A DNA stretch of 61,867 nucleotides, counting the filler, from Hausera hauseri (taxonomy: Eukaryota), in NCBI GenBank assembly GCA_046269625.1. It is 11 parts of 11 records of this genome, joined end to end, with 100 filler letters (N's around TTAATTAATTAA, not from the genome) between each part and the next. Parts side by side here need not be neighbours in the genome. Positions count along the whole stretch, not along the records: positions 1 to 6,724 come from JBJURY010071772.1; positions 6,825 to 11,247 come from JBJURY010590001.1; positions 11,348 to 15,335 come from JBJURY010837525.1; 8 more parts are not named here. The stretch is one strand, 5' to 3'. This document shows positions 1 to 13,313 of this stretch, piece by piece (positions within the stretch are counted from its first letter, which is position 1; each line of letters starts with the position of its first letter). The notes beneath the pieces are model-generated. The model worked only from the letters and a program-made list of their open reading frames with translations. It made no database searches and was not told where the DNA came from. The position numbers and the translations under genes are program-made.

Positions 1-35
1 AGAAAATTTCTGTGTAAATTCTTGTTGTTTCTTCT

Positions 36-580
36 CTGATGACTTTGACTTTTAACTGTTTTTTCGTTTGTTCGTTCATTTGTTTGATTGCATTTTTCAC
101 CCCGTTCAATTGGTCTGATCGTGAGGCGGCTCTAATATGAATTTTCCCCAGATTATGGGCAATGTATTAGACCAATTTCCATCACTGGCAGATTTGAACA
201 TGGGGAAATTTTACTCATTTGAACTTTTCCCATCGATTTTCCCCATGTTCCCATAATCTGACCGACTTGCAACAGTGTTCATTGCAATCGCCAATATCGA
301 TTTACCCCTTGTACACATTTTTTCAGTGCTAACAACATGTTTCGCGTTACACGTGGAGCATTTCCTGTTTTGCTTCTTACTTTTCTAGCGCCTCTCCCTT
401 ACATTTTTCGTATACACGTCCTATATTAACTTTTGCTCACCTCGCCACGCGCTATCAATATCATCTAGTCCGAACCTCTTTCCTCGACCTTATTTCCTTG
501 GGCGGGGGAGTCACCCGAAATTTTTGTGAAATGTTCAAAATAGCAAATAAGGTGGGGAAAACTGATCGGCGGATCAACCA
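36..580. repeat. Non-coding module M1 associated with pPolB elements (homologous to 33955-34495)
   Basis: Colinear match by eye, e.g. GTCTGATCGTGAGGC, GCAGA(T/C)TTGAACA, CCCATGTTCCCAT, CATTTCCTGTTTTGCTTCTT and TGGGGAAAACT occur in both copies in the same order. Confidence 0.8.
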
Positions 581-784
581 GAGATTGTTTCGATAAGTGG
601 TTACGAGCTGACACTTATACCTACTGGGATTGTTTTGTGTCAATGAAACATTGAATGTAAACGCAACGAATCTGGTTTCGGTGATATGGATACAACCATT
701 TACACTTAAATATTGAGATAATAATAATAATTAGTTGTTTTACCTTCTGTTATAAACAAAAATGATTTTGTACCTAAATGAATA

Positions 785-1290
785 ATGGCGACAGGATTTA
801 GAGATATTGAAGCTTTCCAAGACGACAATGCTCGGTACCTCATAAAGGAATTATGTATTATGGACGTCTGTAACATTTTTAAATTTCTTGTGTATGCATT
901 TAAGCCAGATGTTATGTGGAAACAGTTCACTGAAAAGACGAAAATTACCAACGGATATTTCATACAACGTCGTCATAGACTTTACTGACACGAAGGCAAT
1001 CCAAACTTTTGAGTATTGTGTATCATGAGAGATATTTGTGATAGTTTTGATATCCAAAATACAATGTTTTTCGTTAAAGGTCAAATCAACAGTCAGAAGT
1101 TTACGCAACTGCACTCACGATTTACTGATTTGCGAGTGACGATGTAGTCAACATCTAATAACGCAACGATGGTACCTGATAATATTTTATGTTCATATTG
1201 TGAACGTGGACAGCATTGTGCGTAGCGAAATTGTTTGGCGCTGTGTGTAGACTGTTTCGTGCAAATAAATGTGTTTCTTTTCGCTCGTTT
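785..1290 (+). pseudogene. Polinton/Maverick-associated DEDD-type exonuclease-like accessory ORF, interrupted by stops
   Basis: Reads DIEAFQ..YLIKELC..FKPD..W..N..HRLY*HEG..FFVKG..CSYCERGQHCA*RN. This matches the recalled pattern of Maverick accessory DEDD proteins (DxExF, IKELx, HGLxW, VKG, terminal HCAxxN). Recognition is from memory, not a database search. Confidence 0.6.
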
Positions 1291-1616
1291 AAATAAGGTA
1301 TGTTCATTTAATCGATCAAACAAGCATTACTAATTTACATTACTGTATATTCAACAAGACATTACTAAAGGTATATATTTCCGGACAAAATGTATCATTC
1401 TAAAATGTGTCAACGACAAAAACCAGTATGAAGACAGTTTCGAACTTAAATCTCTAATGTTTACATTATAAGCAAAACAATTTGATACACATGTATATAT
1501 AGGGGTAAAATTTTGTTTCATTCCGTCCCTCCTACAAAAATGTATTCTGAAAACAATTCAGGTGACAGTTCTGTGAGTAAGTCAAGGTACTCCCATATTC
1601 GCTGAGAAATTCCAGG

Positions 1617-1835
1617 ATGTATAATGGATACAACTTGCATTATTTGCGCAACGCAATTCAATTGCTATTGACGCAAACTGTCGAAATCAAACCGGCGAAA
1701 TATGGTCTATTGGTGAAGAAGATCACTGACGATGAATTGGATACAATGGAAGACACAATTAAAAAAGTTGACAGTGATTTGGTGTTGAAAACAATATCCG
1801 AGACACATCGTCTATTTCTCTCAAAGGAAATATGA
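1617..1835 (+). CDS. Small hypothetical ORF between the exonuclease-like ORF and the pPolB 3' end
   Basis: 72-aa charged ORF with protein-like composition and no recognised motif. Confidence 0.3.
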   Translation: MYNGYNLHYLRNAIQLLLTQTVEIKPAKYGLLVKKITDDELDTMEDTIKKVDSDLVLKTISETHRLFLSKEI

Positions 1836-2228
1836 CAAAAATTGTTAATTCACATGGTGGAGAAACAGAAGCAGCAGTTTTGCCACCAGAAGGAGCTAAA
1901 AGGTATCTAACATTGCAACTGAAAGGATAAAAGGAACTGCATAGCGTTAAATCATCAATATGGAAGCTGGGAACTTTATTCTGATTTAACTTACTTTGTT
2001 TTGATTTTAGTTTGTAATTAATAAATATAATTGAGTTTGTATTGTTAATTTTCGTACCGTTTCTCACTACATTAGGTTAAATACGTAGATAAAAAAATGG
2101 TAATAAAACAAAAGGCAAAAACAACGAACAATGTACATTACTTACAAAATATCAGGGATCACAATGAATTGTTACAATAAATGGGTCACTTTGATCTGCC
2201 TGCATCGTCAGCTCCATATTCGTGCGTT

Positions 2229-4690
2229 TTATTCCAAACGCCAATGCCCGTATGCCCAACTGTTATTTCGCTCCACCCATTTACGCTTATCATCATTACG
2301 TGATAAAGCGACTTCTGTATTCATCACTGAATACAGCTGGTACTAAGTTGATCGTATGATCCTTTGAGACACAGCCATTTATTATCCTCCTCCGTCTTCT
2401 TCTACTTCATTGACACAGCGATAATCACCGTGGATTATTTTTGTCTGTGCCATCTAAATTCCTTTTGAGCTCATTTTTGGTCCACAGTCCATCAGAAGAC
2501 TGTAGCACTTTGACTGTAGAAATATCCATTCCCGATACTGAACCCAATCTTCGCTTTCATCCTGAAGTAGCCGATTTTGTCGGCGATGTTGTTATACAAT
2601 AAATGATTCTGTAGGTAATTGGACGTGTCCAGTAATCCATCTGCCATCATTTGCCGCAGTAGTTGTTCGCGGTCAACATTTTCCAGTTTCAGAAAAAAGC
2701 TGTCTGTATCATCGGCAATTATAATAATATTGCAGCCGCCAAATATTTTTCTGTAACGTGCGAAGTCGCAATACCGCGGCTTATACATGCGCAACGTGTT
2801 CAGGTCCAATACCACCTGTCCTATATAACTTGACCGGTCCAGTATGACGTGTTCTCTGTTTAAAATCAAGGCAACCAATCCATCGGCAATGTGCATTGAC
2901 CGCCCAAATTGTGCTTTACTGGTGTAAGCGACCAACCTCTTTTAGTTGTTACATAGGCGTACGTTTAGCCACTTTTTGAGATTCTCTACTGTTTTTCCGT
3001 AGAGAGAATTGTTTTTAGTTTGCAATAGTCCTTTCCATACTTGCTACAAGCTGAAGCTCGTTTCTCAGAATTCCGATCAATGTACGCCTTGAATATCGGA
3101 GTCTGATTAAATCGGATTGCACGATGTAATTGGGCAATGCATACACTGAGCTTCATTATAAAATTGCAGTAGACGCCAAGAAACTATTTAATTTGACTTG
3201 GGTTCATGCGTCATAAGGAGTTTCGTCATCTTTGAGCCAGGTAGACATTAACTAATTGGTTAGACCCAAAATTTGTCGAGGAAGTCATGCAGCTCATCTG
3301 TTACCACGAGATCGCCTTTCATCAGGTATCCGATTGAGCTGTTTTCTGCCTTGTCTGCTCTCGCCAGATTTTCCATTATGTTATCCAGGTCTTATCTGTC
3401 TATTCGAATGTACCGTACGGCAAAGGGTTGCGAAAGCGCCTAGCCGTACAGGTTATTAATGTCGATATACAACAGTGATGTGGTATCATCAGTGACATGG
3501 CGCTTGTTGACAAACGTCATGCCGCCACATATACCAACATCAAATAGCCTGTACCTTTCTGGGTCTTGTAACAGCTCAGTATTCCGATCCAGTGTCATCA
3601 GGGCTGACTCTCAACTCGTTCCCGGTATGGAAGAAAGCTTTTGTGGCGCCAATCTATCTTTCGCCAACCCCTTACCCTAAAATGCTTAAAACACAGGCTA
3701 ATAAATACATATTCAGTTTCAGATTCTGAAGCATGTACTCCAACAGTTTTCTGCAGCCTAACCTTGTCCAAAATTCCTGTGCTTTCTGATAATCATCCTC
3801 TGTGATACCGGACAATCGCGATGACAAATCTTCTGTCGTCCGAATCCGTTCGTACGATACCGAAAAGTCATATGCTACCTGCAATGTGTGGAGAAGTGCG
3901 TCAATGTTAGCGGCACATCTGGCAATGCATTTACTAGCTTTGCCAATAATTCATTTAAAAATTGCAATGAATCAAGGATGCGTACCTGGAACCGGTTTAC
4001 ACGAGCAGATAGGGACAGGTATTTCTCCATCGTTGTAGGAATTATGGATAACTCCCAGTGCGTAAAACCGTTTATTACCCATTTTAAAATATGGTGACAA
4101 TCATAATCCCTGAAATTATGAAAAATCACCAACAGGAATGGCCGCACACGACTTGCCAAATTGCACGAATTGCATGTTGCTCCGAGAAATCGACCGGTAA
4201 AATGGTTGTGATCCGGTAAGAGTCGTTCATTGGCATCGAGCGGTAATATTTTATGGCACAGGTAACATTCCTCTGTGTCTGCAAACATCAACGGTTCATA
4301 TTCATCTGTCCACATCAAGGGTTTCATGCTATTATTACTGTACCACGGTGCGATTTCGGTTTCTACTATTGTTTGCAATTAATTCAAGTCATTGCGTATG
4401 CTGTTGCAACCGTTGAAAACGTAGTACTGCGGTTGACCAGTGACATTTGTTGGGACAACCAGCATACCTACAGCGATTGGAACGTTTTTATCGTGTACAT
4501 GGTGCTGTGGTAGAATGGCGTTAATATCTGCATATACCACAAATGTCGGACTGTCTGTTTTCGACCAGTCACTGAATCTGAGTTCCTTTTTGACTGGTAT
4601 GACGTACATTGCTGTTCCCTAGGAATTTTGTCTACACGGTGTCACATATTTTTCCCATGTTGTTTCTATCAAATCGATAAAGTACGATAC
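2229..4690 (-). pseudogene. Protein-primed DNA polymerase B (Polinton/Maverick-type), subfamily A copy 1, 5'-truncated and degenerate
   Basis: ExoI VVYADINA; EndoVII-like CYLC..PDHNHFTGRFLGATCNSCNL; ExoII IFHNFRDYDCH; motif A YIDINNLYG*; YGKTVEN; motif C DDTDSFF; C-terminus DDKRKW..AYGHWRLE* ending at 2229. Confidence 0.93.
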
Positions 4691-4956
4691 ATTTCATTAC
4701 CATCATACTTTTTTATGTTACAAAAATATTCTATTTTTATCTAGTTGATCGTACCTCATTTATTAGAGATAAATCAATTTAATCCTTTTAAGCAGTAAAG
4801 ACTCTAACATACCGAAATAACAGTATAATTTTCAGTGCCAGGATTAGGTTATATACACAGACGCGACACCACCGATTAACCATAAAACAACAACATTTGC
4901 CAGTCGTCATAAAATATGGTAATGTAAATTTTCCAGTGGCGCGATTTTTAATGCAA

Positions 4957-6724
4957 TTGAGTAGAAATACTAATTAAATTGTTAATTGACTTAAGCAGTG
5001 AGAAAATGGCGGTTCTTCCCCACCCCGGGGGGTGTACGAATTGATATTGCACATATGCCAATCTATAATGCACCTGGTGCACTATCGATCCATAAAGTGC
5101 CTAGCAACGGTGCCGTCAGACACCGTTGTTATGCACATTTTTGCACTTCACAAATCTATCGCTGCACAGTGCAGTATTGATCGAATCGATTGAGAAAGGT
5201 GTTAATCGATAGAGCACGTCGAGAAGCATCGATTGGTGCACTGTGCAGGTGTGTAGCACATGCACAAGTGTGCAAAAATCAATAATATCGGATTCCCGAT
5301 ATTTCTATTATTGATGATTAGCACTCGGCACCGGGTGAAATCGGTAGCACACATGACGGGCTATGTGAATGTGCAGTTAGAATTTAAATCGGTTGATTGG
5401 TTTTTCGAATAATTCACAAGTGGGGCAGAACCGCCACAGGCCTTTCCGATATTAATTTTAAATCAATAATCTCAATATGGCACATATTCTGGCATGTTCA
5501 GTACTTAACGTACTTTCGATCAGTCCAATACACGAGTGAGGCGTGCTCTTGGATACGGTTGCCAGGGCACTTTATTACTTTGCACACTTTTGCAATTGTG
5601 CAGCATAACAGTGATGGAATTGATCGGGGTCAAGTGCACGTGAATAGAGCACATCGAGATGCACCTTGATGGGTGGTGCGCAGTGCAAAAACATGTGTGC
5701 AAGTGTGCAAAAATTAATAATATCGAATTTCCGATAAATCCAATATAGATGATTATGACATGTGTCCTGGTGCATTCGAAAGAAACATTGTGCAGTGTAT
5801 GAATGTGCATTTAGAATTTAAATTTATCGACTAGTTATCGATTAATATCGATCCAAAGTGAAAAATGGCCATATTTTCAATAGGTTTTTTAAGCCTAGGG
5901 AAGCAAAATTCGATCCAACATTGAGCGGGGACAGATAGGAAATCGACTATGCAAAACTAGAATCTGCACTCGAAAACTCGAAATTCGAAGATTTTCGAGT
6001 TCGAATATCAAATTTCGAACTATTCGAAAAATCTAACTGGGAAAATCGATTCCTCGTATTCGAAAACCCCTAAGTATATAAAAATTATGTCATGAAAATG
6101 TACCATATTTGCATAAAATCAATATTTCTAAATAAGCGAAACCTGAATTTAAAGCGTAGTGAAGCGGAAATCGATAAATCTAATAACAGGCTGGATGGAA
6201 AAGCATATATACCGAATCGGATTATGGTATCAGATATTCGAAATCGAGCTTACAAGTTGAATACTCGAACTCGAAAACTCGGTGAAGCATACATTACTCG
6301 AAGAATCTAATGACGTCATTCGATTTTTCATGGTCGAAAACTTATATGGCAATCAAGATAAGTGCGGTGCAGTGCGGTGCAGTATATAAAAACAAGGTTT
6401 TTCGAATATTCTAAAAGTTCTCGTTAAATGCAAAGTCATTCTTATATTGATTAAGCAATTGAGTTGATTTTGAAGGTGAAGCACATTGAAATAGGTAAAT
6501 CTTTAAGCGTACATGGATAGGAAAGCCTATGTGGAGAATCCGAATCTGATGTCAGATGATCTAAAACATTATTCGAACTTGAAGAAATATCGATTCGAAC
6601 TCGAATATTCGATCAAGCAAGGATTATTCAAAGAATCAGATGACGGCATTCGATTCCGCATATATGAAAACCGAATATGGCGCCACCAGATATTTAAATC
6701 ATTTGATGCATTAAAACAAACAAG
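4957..6724. repeat. Non-coding module M2, rich in TGCA/TCGA palindromes and internally duplicated (homologous to 56558-57870)
   Basis: Colinear with 56558-57870, e.g. CACCGTTG(T/C)TATGCACATTTTTGCAC, GGAATTGATCGGGGTCAAGTGCA and CATGAAAATGTAC. No credible ORF. Confidence 0.85.
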
Positions 6725-6824
6725 NNNNNNNNNNNNNNNNNNNNNNNNNNNNNNNNNNNNNNNNNNNNTTAATTAATTAANNNNNNNNNNNNNNNNNNNN
6801 NNNNNNNNNNNNNNNNNNNNNNNN
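6725..6824. other. Artificial contig linker (N44-TTAATTAATTAA-N44); same at 11248, 15336, 21198, 25576, 29730, 37720, 43608, 48863 and 55896
   Basis: Identical 100-nt spacer with a six-frame stop motif occurs 10 times. Confidence 0.98.
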
Positions 6825-8600
6825 CAGAACTGCCCTAATTTGGTTGAAAACGCCGTCTTCAATTTGGAGTCTTCCTCTAACTCGACTTGGTAGTATGCAT
6901 TTCCTAGGTCGATTGACGTGAAAAACTTGGTCCCGTATAACCTGTCCAATATCTGTACCACGTTCGGCATGGGGAAGGCCTGCTGTTCCGTTATAAGATT
7001 CAGCTGTCTGAAGTCCAGACATATTCTGATATCTATTATTCGCACATCGTCGTGTGGTATCTGATTTCTCTGTGTGTTTGCAAGTTTATCCACGGTCTTG
7101 CTTATGACGTTTACTCGGGCTCCCGTGTCCAATAAGCAATTTTCCCATCTGTCTTGTATCTTTAATTTGATTCGTGGTCGTCCATTAAATTTCCTGTATG
7201 ATATCTGTTAGACATACAATTCGTCTAGCGTGAAGATCTGTGTATCGATCCCACTTTCCTCCATTTCGTTGAAGGATACTTCCTGGAAATTTTCCGTTTT
7301 CATAAATTTCCATACTTTTTCCTGTCCTTTTATACATCAACATATCTCCGTGTCCCCTTCTTGATCCGTCTATACTGTTTGATATACTACTACTATTATA
7401 CATAACGATATTTTGGGCGCCTAAATCTTTTGTAGTTCTCCGATTTGCTCTACTTCTATCGAGGCTCTGCCTTTTGGGGCAACTGACTCTTGTTCCGATT
7501 TTGTTTCTTCTTCCTCTACGTTTGCGACTTCCCCCGTCTTCTGTACAGATTATCCCCGTACCTTCTTTTCACTTTGTATATATCCCATCCTGATTCTCTT
7601 TTCTCCTCCAGCCTGGTGTAACACTCCTTTTCGGTATGTCCCCTATGGTGGCATCTCGAACAGCTAAGCTTGGTACAATTTCGTCTTATGTGCCCTAGCT
7701 GATCACTTCCGTAACATCTTGTTGGTTTCCTTTCGGGTCACTGCCTGCTTATGTATCCTTCTTTTCCGCATCCAAAGCATTTATCGGTCTCCGTACGGTG
7801 CAAGATCTGTTCGTATGTTCTTCCTTCTGACATATCGAACACTATAATCTACTATTTGATGTTCTAGTTGGGTTCGTGTTGATTCTAGGCACGGATTTCC
7901 TGGTATTTTGTGCTGCCACCTCCTGGTAGCTTCTTCTACCGATCCCCGTATACTCCTTGACCGTGTTGACTTCTTCTGTCTTAATCTTTACTATGTGTTT
8001 CTTCCGTATTTTCTCTTTTATTGCTTCCGCGTCTCGTTTGTCACTGAGGCATATCTCTCTTCTCATCTGTCTATTGTTACAACATTGGAACAATAGTTCC
8101 TCTTCGGGAGCCTCGCGTGAAAGATTGTGCTTCATTACTTTATCCAGAAGTTTCTTGATAGTTTCGAAGTAAGCCTCTGGTTCCGCTCCATTTATTCTGT
8201 ACTCGAGCGCTTCTTTTGTATCTTCGCATAGCGTTGGGGATCGGGCGAAAGCCTTTTGTAGTCGATTTTGATATCCCATTATCCTTCAATCTAATGTCTT
8301 ATATATTTCTAGTGTATCTTTCTCCAAGAGACATTCAAACATGATCTCGTTTCGCCGCCAGGGTGTTCATATATTTAAAGAATTTTTCACATCCTTTAAT
8401 GAACTTCTCCACGTCGTTTCCTTTCCTGAATTTGTTTGGCAACAATTGGTTCGCGAAGATATCCATTGTGGCGTAAGTTGCCATGTTGGCTGCGTGCTCA
8501 TCCACACCGTCTACATCGTCGCCCAGCTTGAGGAGGCTTGCAAATCCCCGCCCCCTAGTATGTCCGCAGAAGCAGAATTGGATCGCTTGTAATTACTCAT
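6825..8600 (-). mobile_element. Ty3/gypsy LTR retrotransposon gag-pro-RT fragment, degenerate
   Basis: CCHC knuckles (CFGCGKEGY, CSRCHHRGHTEKEC), protease LLDTGARVNVI, RT RICLDFRQLN..FTSIDLGNAYYQV..KTAFST. Confidence 0.9.
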
Positions 8601-9045
8601 TGAAAAGTTAATACCAGTTGTTGAAAATTTGCATTACATCTCAAAATTCTAATTTTGAAACAAATTTTCAGAAATTCCAAAATCAAATCACACTTTTAGT
8701 ATTTACATCTTTAATTTTAAAGTCATTGTCGAATTTTAAAATTTAAAAATGCTTTTAATTTAATTTTAGGATTTCACTTCTCAATTACATCCTCACACCA
8801 ATTTTCAGTCACAACTAGCCAACAGAAATCAAGGATAGTCGTGATCACCTCATGCATTGAATTTAGATAGTTAAAACATCAACTGATATTTCAATATTAA
8901 TTTCGTAGTCTAAGTCGGCCATACAATTATACTTAATTATTATCATTCACACAAGCAAAATTTTCAGTTAATAGCTTTTATTATTATCATCTATTTAAAT
9001 TACTAATTTTTCTAACACAATTTTATATTTCTAATTTTTCTTTAG

Positions 9046-9511
9046 TGTTCCGAATTTTCGAACACTTCAGGAAGAGAAATTACACAAAATTGCTGATACT
9101 CTTGAGGAAGTTCATTACAACAATGGAGAATACATTATTCGACAAGGAGGTCGAGGAGATACATTTTACATTATTGCTCAAGGTAGAGTAAAGGTAACTC
9201 AAATTCCGAAATCCGGTGAAATTGAAAAATTCGTACGTTATATGAATAAAGGTGAGTGGTTTGGAGAAAAAGCTTTGATAAAGTATGACATAATTTCTCT
9301 ACTGAAATTTGATATTATTTTCAGTGAAGATGTTAGAACAGCGAATATAATTGTTGATCACCCTGAAGGTGTTAAGTGTTTGGTTTTGGATAGAGAGTAT
9401 TAACAATTTCATTTTTTAAGTATTTCATTTGTAACATAGGTCTTATTTACATTTACTCGGAACTAACGGTTTGAAAAGATCATATCCGGATGAAGAAGCA
9501 GTTTCAGATCC
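9046..9511 (+). CDS. PRKG1: cGMP-dependent protein kinase, second cNMP-binding domain; exons 9046-9282, 9325-9396, 9440-9511
   Basis: Spliced translation [80 protein letters not shown] closely matches the PKG CNB-B domain. The GT-AG introns are 42 and 43 nt. Confidence 0.9.
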
Positions 9512-9542
9512 GTAATTATATTTATTAGTTTACATTCAGTTA

Positions 9543-10850
9543 TACTGTCCAACAAAAGTATTTTTTTGCTTTCTTTAATATGTGTATGTTTTTACTGAGC
9601 TGTTTTTCCAATCTGAAAACTGTTTCTCTCTATCAGGTCTGGATTTAAAGAAATCCATAATTGAAGTTTTTACATGAAATATAACAATTATGTAGTCTTG
9701 AATTTCTTTGCCGTCGACTTTCGTTTGATACTGGCATGTGGTTGATCGCGATGAAGCATCCAACAATAATCGGCAAACATGGCCGCACTCCACCGACCTT
9801 GATAACGTGACTCTATAACCTGCGATATCTTGATGGAATCGTTCTCGGTGCTCATCGCTGACTTTGCGAAGATTGTCAGGGAAAACGTAGACAAGCAAAT
9901 GAAACAAATGGATTTTGAGGGACATGTTGCAGCCCACATTTCTGTATGCATCTATGCACTGTTTAACAATATGAACATAGTCGACAGATTTGTAATTTCC
10001 CAGAAAATTATTGACGATTGATTTGAATGTCATACAAGTGTGAAGTTCACTCCCACGTAACAGATTTTCGAATTGTTTGTCTACAATAACATTCCTAATC
10101 TCAAGTCCCACAAAGATACCTTCGTTTATCTTTGCAGTATTAACTTGTGGAAACTGTTCTCGAAGATAAATGAAAGCTTTGCTTCTTCTATCTAGCACTT
10201 TTACGAAATTCTTTATGTGCATCAACTTTATATATAACGGTGGTAATATAATGCTCTCTTTGTTGACTAATAGCTCGTGTATTACATTTTTATGCCCAGG
10301 ACGCATACGATCTCTGATAGGCCACACCTTTCTTGCATCATGCTCCTCTCTGTTGCGGCTGCCCCATTTACATAGGAACCAATAAAATTTAGTATAACCA
10401 GTCTGCATGCCCGTGAGAGTTGCAATGACCTTTAGATCTCCACAAATCCGCCACTGGAAGTCATTGTACTTTATTTTTGCCAAAAGTATAGCCATATTGT
10501 CATAAGTTTCTTTCGTGTGAACTGAGTAGACGAATGGAGTTGACAAAAATAAATTTCAGCTATTCAATAACACGGATTTTGGAAGAGTCGATGAAAAGCC
10601 GCCATTCGTTCACTATGTACTCATGAACGTTTACATTTTTGTAATAGCAAATGTCATCATCCATCTCAAAGTATTGAACATGTTCTCTTTGTCTATGACG
10701 AAATGTAGATATCAGAATAATAGACGTTAAAAGATTCCATTCGTTTAGTCGCGAACCGAGTAATTCCGCTTGTTCTTTGGTAAGAGCGAGATCACGTATT
10801 AGATCCGAAAGTTCTGAATGATTAATTAAGTGGTTTAACTTTTATTAAAC
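9543..10850 (-). mobile_element. Chapaev3 (CMC superfamily) DNA transposon, degenerate transposase and one terminus, just after a PKG splice donor
   Basis: ICGDLKV..GMQTGYTKFYWFLCKW, LPPLYIKL, MSLKIH, SDEHRERFHQDI, RYQGRW..MFADYCW. The terminus TACTGTCCAACAAAA resembles the CACTG-type Chapaev3 end. Confidence 0.8.
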
Positions 10851-11347
10851 CACTCAAATAAAAGAGAATTGCGAATATTTATTATAGAATATTTTTATAG
10901 TCGTGTTTTGTTTTCGTGAAGTTTGACTCAACACCGGTGTTGATGGAGGAGTTCTCGACGTCGTGTTTTGTGTTTCTTTGGCAGTGTTTGAGTTTTCTGG
11001 CTGATCCGATCATGAAATTGATTATTTTGTCTGTTGCTGCTGAAGTAAAACTGTTACTGATGGTCGATATCTATGGATATTTTCGAGAATTTCTGTTAGA
11101 TTTTACAAATACGTTATTATCGATGAATGACTGATTCGTCCTTGACTGTTTCAGTCAGTTTCTCCTGATGTATGGCGATCGGTTTGCCTTCTTTGAATGA
11201 TTCTGCTCTTTAATGATTGTATGTTTGAACGTTGTTTCGTCAGTTTTNNNNNNNNNNNNNNNNNNNNNNNNNNNNNNNNNNNNNNNNNNNNTTAATTAAT
11301 TAANNNNNNNNNNNNNNNNNNNNNNNNNNNNNNNNNNNNNNNNNNNN

Positions 11348-13313
11348 AAGAATTAGGCATGTCTTGAGGTGGCTGTTTCTGTTGAAGTTGAGCTTGAGTA
11401 AAACTCGGTGAAAAATTAATCGAACTAACCGGCCTAGATAAAAAGTCGGCAAATAAATTATTAACCCCCATTAATATGTTTTGTGTCAAAGTTAAATATC
11501 GATAAGTATGATATCTGTCGTTCTTGGCGTGTGGAGGGATGTTTCGTAGCCATAATGTTAAGTATGGCTTTGAGATTGGTTTGTATAGTAAAATGGCGAG
11601 CGACAAGTAGGTGGGAGAAATGCTTTAAAGCAACGACAATGGCCAATAACTCTCGATCTAACGTTAAATATTTAGTTTCAGGGGATGTTAGCTTGCGACA
11701 GAAAATTCTAGCGGTTGATTTTCTCCTTTGCGGATTTGGTGAAGCACAGCACCTACTGCAGTGGTTGAAGCGCCTGTGGTAAGGACGAGTTCTGCATCAG
11801 GCTTGGGGAAAACGAGAATATCGACGCTCTTAATACTTTCGCGTAGCTTATCAAACTTGTCAACCAACTCAAGTGTCCACTGGATTGGCTGATGTTTTTT
11901 GCCACCAACTAAGTGTGCAAATAGTGCTGTCAATTCAAAGCAATATGATACATATTTATGTACAAAGTGTAGTGTACCAAGGAAGCTGCACATTTCGGTG
12001 GTCGTATATGGTAAATAGATGTATTTAAGGGCTTCAACTCGGTCTGGTTGAGGAGAGTGGCTGTCTGGTGAAATAGCGTAGTTCAAAAAATTGATGCGCT
12101 TTTTGAAAAAATGGCATTTGTCAAAATTGGCTTGGAAATTGTGGTGGATAAGGCATTGCAATATTGCGCGAAGGTGTTCTTCTTCTTGTTTGGACGAAGA
12201 CGAAACGATCAGAATATCATCAATATAATGGTGCGCAAACGGGAAATCCGAGAGAATTGAGTCAATATGTCGCTGGAAGGTCTTTGCAGCATTTCGCAAA
12301 CCGAAAGGCATAAACAGGTACTCGTAGAGGCCAAAAGGAGTAGTGACAGCAGTTTTTAATGTCGTCGGGTGCCACCGATATTTGGTGGTATGTTTTGGTC
12401 AAATCTATGGTCGAATAAATGGTAGTTGAATTAAGGCGATGCAAGATATCCTTGATGAGTGGTAAGGGGTATGCATCCATGATTGTCAAGTTGTTCAACT
12501 GGCGGTAGTCACCGCATGGTCTAAAATTACCGTCCTTTTTGTACGACGTGTAAAGGTGACGACCAGGTAGATTTGGGACGGCGTACAATTCCGGAGCGTT
12601 CTAGTTCACGGAATTCTGCTTCTACAGCCTGTCTACGACGAGGTGATATTGGTCGTACCTTTTGGCGTATTGGTCGTTGATGCTGTGTAATTATGTGATG
12701 TACAGTTCTGTTTGCAGGAGTAAACGTACGATCTTTTTTGAGTATTTGTGGACATGATATGTTGACGAATTGTTGTAAAGTTGTAGGCAACTGTGAGAGA
12801 TTTGGCGATGATGGTGAAGCGACTTGAGTAATAGCAAATGCCATGTGGAAAATGTTTGATGTGCAGTCAAGTGGTATTTGGTGTAAGATGGTCGAATTAG
12901 AAATGGTGTTGGATGAAAATGGTGTCTGAAGAAAAACCTTTGTTGTAAAATTTGCACCCTAGGCAGCAGTTCTTATTGAATCTGCTGTGATAATAACAGA
13001 TTGATGGCCGCGCAGGCGATGGTGACCGGTTCCTAGATGCAGAATTGGCGCGGTCCACAACAAAATCCCTTCGCCGGAACAAGGAAAGTTCGTTTAATTT
13101 GTTGTTTATATTGTTAATTGTTGCTTGTAGTTCTGTATTTTCGGCACGTAACTGATTTAGTTGTTGCGCTATTGATGTATTATTGTTTTGCATACCGGTA
13201 GTGGCAAATGCCACCGAAACGACTGGCGGGGTGTTTAAGTGTATAACGTCGTGTGTTTTATCGGCTAATTTGGCCAATTTCTCAAAAGCCGTAGTAGTTA
13301 GATGTGAGCACAC
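11348..13313 (-). mobile_element. Ty3/gypsy gag-RT-RNaseH fragment, degenerate
   Basis: Gag ICYYHSRF; RT FRPCGDYRQLN, MPFGLRNAAKTFQR, YIDDILI; RNaseH TTGASTTAVGAVL, DRELLAI. Confidence 0.92.

Noticed and set aside
6092-6776. ORFs 6092-6310, 6513-6776 and 57597-57791 as a conserved protein family
   Set aside because: The similarity follows from the DNA repeat M2; indels and stops are not frame-preserving across copies.
6769-6780. Recurrent TTAATTAATTAA motif as a biological repeat
   Set aside because: It is always centred in N runs and is an artificial six-frame stop linker. Adjacency across these gaps means nothing.
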